Assembly: GCF_009914755.1 (NCBI RefSeq)
Contig: NC_060925.1
DNA: 64,000 bases
Direction: 5' to 3' (one strand)
From: the human T2T-CHM13v2.0 reference genome, Homo sapiens
The first letter of the stretch is position 1. Every line of letters begins with the position of its first letter. The translations under genes were made by a program, and so were the position numbers. Positions 1-16,528 of this stretch are shown in pieces. The notes under the pieces are model-generated. The model made no database searches. It saw only the letters and a list, made by a program, of their open reading frames with translations, and had not been told where the DNA came from.

Positions 1-249
1 TCTTTCTTTAAAAAATGTATTTTAAAACATAAATTATACATAGACACATACATACAACTTTACACTAATGAAAAACGATCATATAAGTATTTTTTCAGTC
101 CTCTTATCTGGGTGCCTTACCCACTCTCTTAACCCCATAACAATCTCCAGTTCTATAATCTACATTAACAAATCAGAATACATCTTTCAATATTTTTCTC
201 TCATATAGTCAAATAGATACAAACATGTATCACATATAATGGATACACA

Positions 250-2980
<2,731 letters not shown>

Positions 2981-2999
2981 AGGGATTTACCATTCTTTA

Positions 3000-3750
3000 A
3001 TAAAAATGGTCTTATGCACACTTCTCTACATCCCGCCTTTCCATTAATATGTCATAAAATCTCCTTGAAATCAACTGGTATAGCTATACTTTATTCTTTT
3101 TAATAACTACATAATATTCCAGAGCATGAGGGAACCATAATTAATCTGCCATCCACCACTGATGAACACTCCTTTTGTGGCTAGCTTTGTCTATTGCAGT
3201 TACACCGCAATAACTATCCTGTACATATGTCCTGATGTATTTATGGTTTCATATTTATGTGGGAGTAGAGTGGAGCTGGGAGTTGCTACATCAAAAGGTA
3301 AATAGATTTTTTTTATTTTAATAGAAGTTGCTGCATTGTTTACAAAAAAGACTTTGGCAATTTACATCTCCATCAGTAATGCCTGAGTTGCCCTTTCCTT
3401 GGACTCCTGACAGCATTAGGTAATTTTTTTTTTATGTTTAATTTTTGGGCAAATAGTGACATTTCATTGATACTTGAATTTGCATTTTCCCAACCTTTAA
3501 AAATTTAAGCATCTCTTCTGCTTGTTGATTTGGATTTCTTTTTCTGAGAAATGTCTTTTCACATCCTCTTTTTTTGTATTAGATTGTTTGTTTTTTTCTT
3601 CTCAAAGTTTAAAGGCTCCTTATATGTTATATATTTTTATCTGTATTATAGTTTTTTTTCAAATACAGCCTTTGCCTATTGAATTTACTAAATGAATATC
3701 TTCCATACAAAGTTTCTATATTTTTACATAATGAAAGTGTTTATCTTTTC
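3000..3750 (-). mobile_element. Old L1M 3' fragment
   Basis: AT-rich antisense L1M-like text (tattctttttaataactacataatattcc...ttgcattttcc). Confidence 0.55.
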
Positions 3751-3759
3751 TGGCTATGG

Positions 3760-4400
3760 TGTGGAAGACTGATGGGAGGGGTAAGACTAGATAGCAAGAG
3801 ATCCATCAGACAGCAATTTCAGACTGGTCAAGAGGCAGCATTGTGCTAGGCAAAGTGGTTCAAGAGACATTAGGGAGGTAAAACTGGGAGAACTAGATGA
3901 TTGACAGCATATGGGGTAAAGGAGGAGGAGAGGAGGTGCCAGGAGGGCCAGGATGAATCACAGCTCTTACTTCCTCCTAGGTGGGTTGTGGTGTCTTTCC
4001 CTAAGAAAGGAAACACAGCAGGAAGACTAAGACTGGCCTGGAACATCATGCTTTCAGTTTGACACTGTTCAGTGTGAGGGGTCTGTGAGACATCCAAGCA
4101 AAGATGCCCAGTAGCTGCTAAGTACACAGGTCTGGGACTCACAGGAAAGGATACAGATTTGGGAGTCATCACATTTCTAGTGGCTCCAATGGAGGCCATT
4201 AGGACCATCACCTTGGGAGAGCGTATGAAGTGGGAAAAGGCAGCTTGGACCTGTGCTTTAAAGCTTGGCTAGAGGGGAAAACACTGGCTAAGGAGACTGA
4301 GAGAGACCTGGGAAGTAGAAGAAAGGCCAGGAGGGGGATGGCATCATAACTCCAAGACAAGAGTCAACATGTGGAGACTTGACTGAATAAAAGGCACTAG
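3760..4400 (-). mobile_element. L2 LINE fragment
   Basis: Typical L2 motifs (gtgagacatccaag...gatacagatttgggagtcatca). Confidence 0.65.
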
Positions 4401-4816
4401 TGATATTACTCAGATAGTAGGAAAAAGATGGAAGAAAATTCAAATGTAAGCAGAATTAAACACACATACAAAAACACATGCATACAATTTATTTTTGCTT
4501 ATGCTCTAAAAGAACCTGTAGTTTCACTGAATACTGGGATCTGGGTGATATTTATTCAGGATGTTAACAAATAAAACAATAGTATAACCTACATAAAGAG
4601 ATATGCATAATGATATTCATTTTAAAGTTATCTATACTAGTAAATAATAATCTAGTCTAATAGTTAAACAATTTAGTATTATGCCATGGCTTACTATGTG
4701 GTTATTTTAAAAAAGGAAACAGGATATTCTCCTTTTATTATTGGGAATTTGGAAAATTTCTTAATATTAAAAATAAAAAGTTATAGAAATATATATGCAG
4801 AATATTCCTCTTTTTA

Positions 4817-5050
<234 letters not shown>

Positions 5051-6399
5051 TTAACAGTGGTTGTTTTTAAAGTAACCACGGTTACTTTAGAGATTGTGGT
5101 GATGGTGAGATTTCAATTTATTACTTATTACTTAATACAGGTCACATTGAAAAATATGTTACTTTTGAAGACAAATATCCTATTACTATTATAATATTAA
5201 AACTATGTAAATTTTTTTTAAATAGAATTATTCAACCAAGAGGAGGAGTTGTTAAGAACTGTCTCTAAAACTAATATCTACCTCTACTTTGTGTGCATGG
5301 GTATATCTATTATTTCCTTCCTACAGTAAAGTCTTTTCTGTTGCACTTCCAAGGCCAACACTAAAGTAAGTTGCTAAGATAATTTCTAATGAACAAAAGA
5401 ACAATAGAAGAAAGGGGAGTGAGTTTTTTCTCAAAGGTCACAAACCATGGATGAACGAATGAATGAATGAATGAATGAATACACAAATAGGAGCAAAGGA
5501 ATGGTGTCAACAGTGAGTTTGTTGCTTTGCTGATACCACTGAGTGGTCAGAAAAGGGACTGTAGGGACGCTAATAACCATGCCAGAGTGCAGAACAGAGA
5601 GTGCCCAGATTTTGAAGCCAGCAAGGCCCAGGGTGAACTCCCAAAGGCCTCCCCACACTAGATCTCCTCAGCTGTGAAGTAGAAATCATAATGCCCACCA
5701 TAAAAGATTGTTTTCAGGTTTGAATAAAATTGAGAGTCTTTTTACACTGGTTGACATGGAATAGGCTTTCAAAGGTTTTCTCTCTTTTTCTTTTAATGAG
5801 TTAGGTCAACATCAAGGTATTCACACTGTCTGAATTAACTGGGTGAGAACTGGGCATGGGGTGAGTTTTTGCTGTTTAAAAGCAAAGAGAGATGGAGGGA
5901 GGGAAAAAATTTTATCAGTGATCGCCTAAAAAGATTTTCTATGCTAGCCAGATAATTTTTGAAGGTTTTTTTGTTTTGAAGAATTTTGAATTTTTTTTAA
6001 ATAAAGATATGAGGGTACCTAATACCTAATCAGCACTACATGTATAGAGTGATCACATATCTAAAAACAGGTCTGATCTCAAATATTCTGTTGCAGTGTT
6101 TCTACAAAACATCAACACCTCAATTTTAATAGTTCTTTTTGTATGGCCTGAAGTTGTAACTGGAACCCAAGTTTTATAGATGAAGTATCCTGATTTCTTA
6201 TTTAGAAAATCTGGTCACCGTTAACTATGGGTTAATGAAAAGGAACTCTCAACCCCCAGCACAAATTCCTCTGCAAATTATTACTCAGGGCCTGAGATTC
6301 AGATTGACTGGTACTTTTTTTTTTTACTTAATCTAACACTTGTATGGCCCTGGCTCTGTGCCAGGCACTGTTGCAAGGGCTCTATAAATAGGTACTCAC

Positions 6400-6715
<316 letters not shown>

Positions 6716-8039
6716 CTAAAAACATATTAAGAAGGTTTTATTTCTAACCTTATTATTTTGCAGGTGAGGAAACTGAGGCACAACAATGTTAAGTGACTTG
6801 CTAGTTAAGCAATGAAGCCAGATTTGAACCTGGACAATCTGACTGCAGAATCAGTGCTCTTAACCATTGTTTCTTATTTAGCTTGCTACATGGCATAAGG
6901 CTCTTAAAGATAGTGACATGATGCAGGGTTTCTCAGGATACAATCTATAGACAGCATTGGAACAGCAGATGTTGCAAATGAGAAAGTCAAACTGAGTTAA
7001 GCACACCTCCAAACCTACAGGTGAGGCACTAAGCTCTGTGGTTTCCAAATCATCGAATGCTAGAGCTGAAGAGGGCCTCAGAGAGCAAGACTCCAGTCAA
7101 GGAAGAAAAAGCCAGACCAGAAACAATAAAAAGAAAACGAGCAAACAAAGGAGTCACAAAGAAACAGAACTGTGGCAACTGACGCATTAGACGAAGACCA
7201 GCAATTCCACCCACAGAGGAGATACCAGCGGGCCAAGTGTGAGTCAGAAGGGACTGGTGAGGACTTGCGCACCAGTGAGCCTACAGGGAGGGGCCTGCCA
7301 TGTGGAAACAGGAGCTGTGCCTCAGCTCCTGCCATGTGGAAACAGAGGCCCACCATTGCCAGGTTCCCAATTTTTCAAAAAAAGCCAGATATTCACATTT
7401 TGTGTGAAAATTCCTGTTCTTGAAAGTTGGCAACTAATTCAAATCTGAGCTTAGGGGTAACCCCAGCCAGGCTAGCCCTATCAGGACAAGGACAAAGGTG
7501 TTCCTGTTTTTGGCTGTATCCCCATATGTCTGGCATATGGACTTTCAATAAATATCTGTTGAATGAATTAACTAAAATGATTAAAATACAACTTAAATGT
7601 AGTTCAAAAGATAAGGCTTCCTGACAGAATAGCAAAATTTGACAGTCACCCCAAACCCTGGGCTTTGTGAAATCCCAAATTGCTGTGGAACCTGGCTGAA
7701 GAAGGAGGACTTCGTAAGGAGAGATGGAGAAAGAAGTTTAACTGGAGCTTAAAAATAAAATGGCTCAGGAGCCCTCATATACAACCAAAACAGACTCAGT
7801 TTTTCAGCCCCACTTTCTGCCTCATCACCAAAGCAAGATGGGAGGACCTGCGGGCTCCACCTTCCCAACTCCACAGCTGTCCCTTTTGAGATGTTCCCTC
7901 TCAAGTTTAAGTAGATTTTACCAACTAAGTGTTATAGGATGCAGGGCACCACACCAGATAAACTTGTACCCACTCATGGATGTCAGCCCCAATCAAACTT
8001 AACAGCCTCGCTATGGTTTGAGGAGGTTCACTGATGTCA

Positions 8040-8415
8040 TTTCTTTCTTTTCTTTCTTTTTATTTTTCTCTTTCTTTCCCTCTCTCTCTCCCTCCTTCCC
8101 TCCCCTTCCTTCCTTCCTTCCTTTTTCTTTTTGGAGACAGGGTCTCATTCTGTCACCCAGGTTGGTGTGCAGTGGTGCAATCGTGGCTCACTGTAGCTTC
8201 AACCTCCTGGGCTCAAGTGATCCTTCTGCCTCAGCCTCCCAAGTAGCTAGAACTACAGTTGCATGCCACCACGCCCAGCTAATTTTTATATTTTTTGTAG
8301 AAACAAGGTCTCACTATGTTGCTCAGGCTGATCTCAAACTCGTGGGCTCAAGTGATCCTCCTCCCTGGGCCTTCTGAAGTGCTGAGATTACAAGCATGAG
8401 CCACCATGCCCAGCC
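8040..8415 (-). mobile_element. AluJ with expanded CT-rich (CTTC/CTTT) tail
   Basis: Antisense AluJ diagnostics (ctcctgggctcaagtgatcc) preceded by a pyrimidine simple repeat. Confidence 0.85.
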
Positions 8416-9199
8416 AATGCCATACCTTAGAGACAAGCTAATCACTCTTCCGGGATTTGAAGGAAAGGGTTTTCTTGAGTTTGTTCTTAGAAATAAACAA
8501 TGTAATTTTAAGATACTTCTCTCTCTCTCTCTAAAATATTTTAAGGCTCACACTGCCTGCAGATTTTAGCAGGTAAAGTAAAAGTTCATTTGACCAAAAA
8601 AAAAAAAAAAAGAAAGAAAAAAGAAAAATTCCCTTAAAAGTTTCAGTACCTGAATATATGAATATTGGTATTTCCCTCTGAATATAAGACATCATAATGG
8701 TGATTCATTTAAAGCCTCGTGCAAGCCCAGAGATAGCAGGGTCTTGGGGCATTTTTGCTCCCAAGTGAGCAGATGGATTTCTCATCTGGATATGGGTCAC
8801 TGAGCACAGCCTTGTCCCTCTCACTTCTCTGCGTTTGGTCTTCACATCACGGCACATTTTCAGTTGATGCCTACTTGCAGTATCAGGATGTGTGGCAATC
8901 TGGGAAGCAACATCTCTATCTACACACCCATATATGCATTTATAGTATTGAGGAGCGGCCAATCTCCTAAAATGTCTAGGCTAGTAATTGTATCAAATAA
9001 CCTGTCCTATTAAGGCCATAAATATTCTCATATTAGTCAGTCCCAATTTTGGGGGTAGAAAATGTGCTTACCAGGCATGGAGATAATAAAGAGGAGTAGC
9101 ACTGTTTGTTTTAACTCAATCAAGTTTCATACAGTTGTGACTCTTGCCTAGCTCTTAGCAAGTCCAATCCAAGGAGCCCTAGGCCAGCTCAGCCTCAGT

Positions 9200-9890
9200 A
9201 ATAATATTTAACAGTAGCAGCAGCACGAAGATTCACTGCAGGCTTACTATGTGACAAGCACTTGTTCCAAGAGCTGTTTGTGTATTAACTCATTTAATCC
9301 TCAACTCAACTCTGAGGTAGTTCTTATTATTCATTTATTTGTTCATCAAATGTTCATGGAGTCCTGCCTATGTGCCAGACACTGAAATAAGCAGGCAGGA
9401 TATAGCAATGAACAAAACAGACAAAATCCCAGCCCTCTTGGAGTCTATTTTTCAGTGGAGGGAAGAACATAATAAATGAAAAAGTAAATATCTTTTATTT
9501 GGATGATGTTGGATGATGTTAAGTGCTATAGAGAAAAATAAAGCAGAGTGTGGGGGCTGAGGAGTACTGGTAAGGAAAGGAGTTGGATGGCATGGGGGGC
9601 AGTCATAAGTTGGCATCTGAGCAGAGTCCAGAAAAGCAGGGGAGCGAGCCTAAGAACATCTGGGGTGAGAGTGAGAAAGGAGTTATTTCTTGAGAACACG
9701 CCTATCAAAGTAAGGTGGTTTGCTCCGCTGGACACTTGGTTGATAGAGAAGGTCAAAGATTCCGAAGCACCAGGCTACAGATGAAGAAATGGACTGAGAG
9801 GGTCAGCTGACTGCATTCACTCAGCTAGCAAGGGGCAGAGCTGGTGTCCAGACACAGGCAGTCGGCCCCAGAGCCTGCACTGTTGGCCAG
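9200..9890. mobile_element. MIR pieces flanking an L2 3' fragment
   Basis: MIR (tattaactcatttaatcctc; acagatgaagaaatgg) and L2 end (ttcatttatttgttcatcaaat...tatgtgccagacact). Confidence 0.6.
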
Positions 9891-10465
9891 AACATCAGAT
9901 GCCTTGGTTGGGGCCATTCCTCTTTTTTCCTGATCGATTCCACCCTTAGCCGGTCCCAGTTAGTGACTTCTCTTATTTCCTTAAGACAGAGATTTACTGA
10001 TTTCAGCCACACCACCACCAGTTTCCCTGCCCTCATCTACTTCATACTGAAACTGCAGCCACCTGTCTCCCAACGGTTACAAACCCTCGGTCCCCAAGGC
10101 CAGAGCAAGGTTCCCGGACCTTGCTCTCAGCTGTCAATCTGCCTCCTCGATAAGTTCATCAAGAATTAAGATGTTGGTTCTCTAAATCAACTTCTTTCTG
10201 TACTTTCCTTCTAATATGATGCTAAAATAGTTTCCTTTTTAATTCTTGTTCTTGCACTTAACCTATTTCTTCTTTCTCAAGATGTTTCCCTTTAGACCTA
10301 TGCAATCCATCAAAGTAGCTACCAGCTACAAGTGGCTAGTGAGAACCTGAAATATGGTTAGTTCAAATGGAGATGTGTTCTGAGTATCAAATACACACCA
10401 GAATCTGAAGACCTGGTATTAAAAAGTGGAACATAAAATCTCTTGTTAATATTTTTTTGTAGTAA

Positions 10466-10553
10466 CTACTAGGTTAGTGCAAAAGTAATTGCCGGTTTTT
10501 GCCATTAAAAAAAAATAGCAAAAACCACAATAACTTTTGCACCAACCTAATAC
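10466..10553 (-). ncRNA. MIR548AC: microRNA precursor mir-548ac (mature 3p arm CAAAAACCGGCAAUUACUUUUG at 10480-10501)
   Basis: 88-nt minus-strand hairpin GUAUUAGGUUGGUGCAAAAG...CUAACCUAGUAG in CD58 intron 1, same strand as the host; matches my recollection of mir-548ac. Confidence 0.9.
10469..10550. mobile_element. MADE1 MITE (Hsmar1-derived)
   Basis: ctaggttagtgcaaaagtaattgc...taacttttgcaccaacctaa, a palindromic TIR pair with TA target-site duplication at 10467-68 and 10551-52. Confidence 0.95.
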
Positions 10554-12772
10554 ATGTCGAAATGAAAATATTATGGATATATTAGGTTAACTAAAATATA
10601 TTATTAAAATTAATTTCACATGTTCCATATTATACTTCTATTTGAGAGCACTTCTTTAGCCTGTTGTTTCAAGACACTCACATCCCACCTTTCTCAAAGG
10701 CCACATTTGTCTTTGACTGTTCTCACCTTAGATAGGATACAGCTGAGATCCACAGTATGCTTTAGGGAATAAGGTTCTTACTAGATCGGTTAAGGCTGTG
10801 AGTGTTTTTAAATCTATTCTCCAAAGTCTGATTCAAGGTATTTCAATACAGTACTGATCATTTCACTAAAATTCCTTGAGAATCCTTGTTATTTTCTAGA
10901 TACTCAGTTCATCGTTGGGAAACTCTATTGCAAGTAGTTTACAATGGCACAGCCTCATTAGTTTCTTATTAATCTGATTTTTTATTTTTTTCTGAATGTG
11001 TATGTTAAACTTCAATTTTCTTCTAATTTTTAACTGGCATAGGAAGAAAATGTTCAAGAAACTACAGACTGGTCAGCCCAGTGGAAATTCAGGCACTAAT
11101 CTCAACAGACATTTTGGGGAACATTGTAAAGTAAGCAAAGTTCACTAGAACCTATAAAGTAACCAAAAAGCATTTTCCTTGGAGGCTGATGGGCAGGCAC
11201 TGAAAGTTATCTCCAAAGAGGAACTGCTAAAATGTTTTCCCCTCCTTTTCTAGGGACAGTCTCTGTATCTTATAGTCACACTTTATATTCAAACCTGAAC
11301 TTATCTGAGAAAAGAGAAACGGCTGCATCCTGGTTTCACTTACAACCCTGAGATGGAAGTTGAGATTTGTCATTGCAGAATTTAAGGGTCTGTGTCCTTA
11401 AGTAAAACCTTCTGGTCACCCCTCAAGTAAAGCTTCAAAAAAGCTTAGGCACTTGTGCAGAAACAGCATGAGAAGAAACCAAAAGGCAGAAAACTTACAC
11501 ATATAAGGGCTGATTTATGCAAAGTTTCTACTTTTAAACAGAGAAACCAATACCTACCCTCAAAGCCTGTATTTACTAAAGAAATGTTAGAGTGACAAGG
11601 AGGTCAATAAAATAAATTATTCAAATCTGGTTCTTAAAAAGAGGTTCTAAGACTATTTTAAAACTTCTGAAAGATGCCCATCAAAATTAAAACAAAAAAA
11701 CATAGCAACGAATACAATGAGTGAAACTTGATTAGATCCGGGTTTTTTAACAAAAGACACTCTTGTGACAAGTGGGGAAATCTGAATACGGGTAAAAGTT
11801 AGGTGATGTTACAGGATTAGTGTTAATATTTATAGATGTTATGATGTTATTGAGATTATGCAAAAGTGTCTAGGAGTGAAATGTGGGTACCTAGAGAATG
11901 TAAATATAATAATGTTAATAATAAATATGTCAATAAATTGCCATTGTAAATTCTATGTCCCAAAGAAGCACCCCTCACCATTACAAATTATGATATTAAA
12001 TACAATTTTGCATGACTGGTAATTGTGCTGACCTATATTTCCCATGTTTTAGCAGAATTTCATTGGACAATGTATACATGTTGGATATAAGAAATCAGTA
12101 GTACTCATCTTCAAAAAGTTGCTTAGTGGATCTCAGGCTAGGGATACAACAGAGCATATAAAGGAATAGGTTCTGATTCAGAGAGAATCAAAGTTCAAGT
12201 TCACTCTGCCACTTATTTGCTGTGTGAACTTGGACACATTACTGAACCTACCTAAGCTTTGTTCTCCTATTAAATGTTCCCTATGTAATAAAATCAGTGT
12301 GACAATTAAATAAAAACATCTCAAATCTGAAGCATAGCTCCTGGCACAGAGCAGGTACTTACCTCCTAGTGGCTATTATTACTTACACTCTGTTATAACA
12401 CTGGGCCTAGTTTTCCTATAGGAACACACAACACTATTTTAACTTGGATTATCTTTGCTAAATAAAAAAACACAGACTGTCTAAGTCTCAACTCCAGCAA
12501 AGCACATGAACAAGTCTCACATAATAATGTGAGATAATTTCAAATGGAGAAATGCTGGACAAATACATTGTCATCTAATGTTCAGATTCAACAATCTTTA
12601 CTATTAAAAAAAAACAGATCAATATAAGGAAAATTTTAAAAAATAATACATGACTTCTGCATACAAGGAACTTAAAATCTAGTTATGCAGATAGTTGGCA
12701 ATAAAGGATCTGTAAAATGTCAACAACAGCAGAATAAGACAGACTCTGTTAATAATAAAATAGTTCCTACCT

Positions 12773-12949
12773 TTTTATTTTTTATTTTTTTGCTCTGTTA
12801 CCCAGGCTGGAATGCAGTTGTGTCATCATGGCTCACTGCAGCCTCAAATTCCCAGACTCAAGCAATTGCCAGGCTCATCTCAGCCTCCTGAGTAGCTGGG
12901 ACTACAGGCGTGCACCACCACACCTGGCTAACTTTTTGTAGAGATGGGG
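12773..12949 (-). mobile_element. AluJ, first part (split by THE1)
   Basis: Antisense Alu right arm ending at gagatgggg, where THE1 begins. Confidence 0.85.
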
Positions 12950-15247
12950 TGTATTAGTCCATTCTCGCACTGCTAATAATGACATACATGAGACTGGGTA
13001 ATTTATCAAGGAAAGAGGCTCAATGGACTCACAGTTCCACATGGCCAGGGAAACCTCACAATCATGGCAGAAGGCAAAGGAGAAGCAAAGTCATGTCTTA
13101 ATGGTGGCAGGCAAGAGAGAGCGTGTGCAGGGGAACTCCCCTTTATGAAACCATCAGATCTTGTGAGACTTATTCACTATCACAAGAACAGTATAGAGGA
13201 AACTGCCCTCATGATTCAATTATCTCCACCTGGCCCTGCCCTTGACACACGGGGATTATTACAATTCAAGGTGAGATTTGGGTGGGGACACAGCCAAACC
13301 ATATCATTCCACCCCGGCCCCTCCCAAATCTCATGTCCTCACATTTCAAAACACAATAATGCCCTTCCAACAGTCCCTCAAAATCTTAACTTATTCCAGC
13401 ATTAATCCAGAAGTCTAAATCCAAAGTCTCATCGGAGATAAGGCAAGTACCTTCCACCTATGAGCCTGTAAAATCAAAGGCAAGTTAGTTACTTCCTAGA
13501 TACAATGGGGGTACAGGTGCTGAGTAAATATATCCATTCCAAATGGGAGAAATTGTCCAAAACAAAAGGGCTACAGGCCCCATGCAAGTCCTAAATCCAA
13601 TAGGGCAGTCTTAAACCTTAAAGTTCCAAAATGATCTCCTTTGACTCCATGCCTCACATCCAGGTGACGCAAGAGATGGGCTCCCACAACCTTGGGCAGC
13701 TCTTCCCCTGTGGCTTTGCAGGGTACAGCCATCCTCCTGGCTGCTTTCATGAGCTGGCATTAAGTGTCTGTGGCTTTTCCAGGTACACGGTGCAAGCTCT
13801 CGGTGGATCTACCATTCCGGGGTCTGGTGGATGATGGCCCTCTTCTCACAGCTCCACTAGGCGGTGCCCCAGTGGGGACTCTGTGTGGGGGCTCCAACTC
13901 CACATTTCCCTTCCACACTGCCCTAGCAGAGGTTCTCCATGAGGGTCCCACTCCTGCAGCAAACTTCTGCCTGGACATCCAGGCATTTCCATACATCCTC
14001 TGAAATCTAGGCAGAGGTTCTCAAACCTCAATTCTTGACTTCTGTGCATCCACAGGCCCAACACCACATGTAAGCCACCAAGGCTTACCCTCTGAAGCAA
14101 CAGCCTGAGTGGTATGTTGGCCCCTTTTAGCCATGGCTGGAGCTAAAACAGCTGGCATGCAGGGCTCCATGTTTGGAGGCTGCAAAGAGCAGGGGGGCCC
14201 TGGGTCCAGCCCATGAAACAATTTTTCCCTCCAAGGCCTCCAGGCCTGTGATAGGAGGGGCTGCCATGAAGGTTTCTGATATGCCCTGGAGACATTTTCC
14301 CCATTGTCTTCGTGATTAACATTTGGCTCCTCATTACTTAATGCAAATTTCTGCAGCTGGCTTGAATTTTTCCTCAGAAAAGGGGTTTTTCTTTTCTATT
14401 GCATCATTGGGCTGCAAATTTTTTGAACTTTTATGCCCTGCTATCCTTTTAAACATAAGTTCCAATTCCAAACCACATCTTTGTGAACATATAAAACTGA
14501 ATGCTTTTAACAGCAACCAAGCCACCTCTTGAATGCTTTGCTGCTTAGAAATTTCTTCCACCAGATGCCCTAAATAATTTCTCTCAAGTTCAAAGTTCCA
14601 CGTATCTTTAGGGCACAGGCAAAATGCTGCCAGTCTCTTTGCTAAAACATATTAAGAGTCACCTTTATTCCAGTTCCCAACAATTGTTCCTCATCTCCAT
14701 CTGAGATGAGCAGCATTTGGTCAAAGCCATTCAACAAGTCTCTAGGAAGTTCCAAACTTTCCCACATCTTCCTGTCTTCTTCTGAGTCTTCCAAACTATT
14801 CCAATCCCTGCCTGTTACCCAGTTCCAAAGTTGCTTCCACATTTTCAGGTATCTTTGCAGCAGTGCCCCACTACCCAGTACCAATTTACTATATTAGTCC
14901 ATTCTCATGCTGCTAATAAAGACATACCCAAGACTGGGTAATTTATAAAGGAAAGAAGTTCAATGAACTCACAGTTCCACCTGGCCAGGGAGGCCCCACA
15001 ATCATGGCAGAATGCAAAGGAGAAGTAAGGCACATCTTACATGGCAGTAGGCAAGAGAGAGCTTGTGCAGGGGAATCCCCATTTATAAAATCATCAAATA
15101 TTGTGAGACTTATTCACTATCTGAGAACAGTATGGGGGAAACTGCCCTTATGATTCAATTATCTCCACCTAGCCCTGCCCTTGACATATGGGGATTATTA
15201 CAATTCAACGTAAGATTTGGGTGGGAACACAGAGCCAAACCATATCA
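12950..15247 (-). mobile_element. Full-length THE1 (THE1B-like) MaLR provirus: LTR 12950-13306, internal 13307-14889, LTR 14890-15247
   Basis: Two ~357-bp LTRs (tgtattagtcc...ccaaaccatatca), THE1 internal sequence, 5-bp TSD TGGGG at 12945-49 and 15248-52. Confidence 0.93.
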
Positions 15248-15358
15248 TGGGGTTTCAGCATGTTGCTTAGGATGGTCTCGAACTCCTGGGCTCAAAAGAT
15301 CTGCCCACCTCAGCCTCTCAGTGCTAGGATTACAGGCATGCACCACCACTCTCAGCCA
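15248..15358 (-). mobile_element. AluJ, remainder after the THE1 insertion
   Basis: ggggtttcagcatgttg...ggtctcgaactcctgggctcaa...attacaggcatg resumes exactly where the Alu was broken. Confidence 0.85.
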
Positions 15359-16139
15359 AGTTCATACTTTTGAGTTCTTGCTACTTGCCCAGCACTATCC
15401 AGGCCCTATCCACATGTCATTCCACTAATGCAAGCCCACACCAAATCCTGCCAGCTCCACCTTCAAAACACATCCAGATATCTCCCACCCCCAGTGATTC
15501 CTTTCCTGCATTGCCCCTGCAGCCTAACCAACCTCCCTGCTCTTCCTTTTCTCTCCTCTACAGACTATTCATCCAGCAGCCAGAATAATTCTTTTAAACA
15601 TCCAAGTCATCATAATTTCACTCCTGTTCAAAATCCTTCAAAACTTTCCAGTCACTGAAAGCAAAAAGGCCAAAATATTTAAAAGGCCCTAAAAACTTTA
15701 TCTACAGGATCCAACCCTGACTACTTTTATAACTTCATTTTCTACCACTCTCCACCACAATGGTATCCTTGAAGTTTCTTAAACGCTTGAAGCCTATCTC
15801 AGGGTCCTGAGTAGTAGACCTGGAATATCACTCCCCCAGATAGCCTTGTGGCCTATCTCTCACTTCCTTAAGTGTATGATCAATTGTCACCCTATTAAAG
15901 AGACCCTCCCTGACCACACTATGTAATACTAACCAGCAGAGGGTAGCTGAATGAACTACCATATAGCCACCCTATGAGGGACTGTACAGCTGTGAAAAAG
16001 AATGAGGTGGATCTCTATGAAGTGATAGGGAATGATTTTCCAGATGTATGGTTAAGTGACAAAAATGAGATACAAAAAAATACATAGAGTGTTACCTTGT
16101 TTAAGAAGGGTAGTTAGAAAAAAAAAAAAGAATCCAAAT

Positions 16140-16528
<389 letters not shown>

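Larger units (their letters stand above)
10298..10625. mobile_element. MER33 (hAT-Charlie) hosting the MADE1 insertion
   Basis: Resembles MER33 (aatacacaccagaatctgaagac...acatgtcgaaatgaaaatattatggatatattagg...attaaaattaatttcac); split at a TA by MADE1. Confidence 0.7.

Noticed and set aside
13064-15428. Cluster of ORFs in the THE1 region
   Set aside because: Fragments of decayed MaLR LTR/internal sequence; no continuous frame
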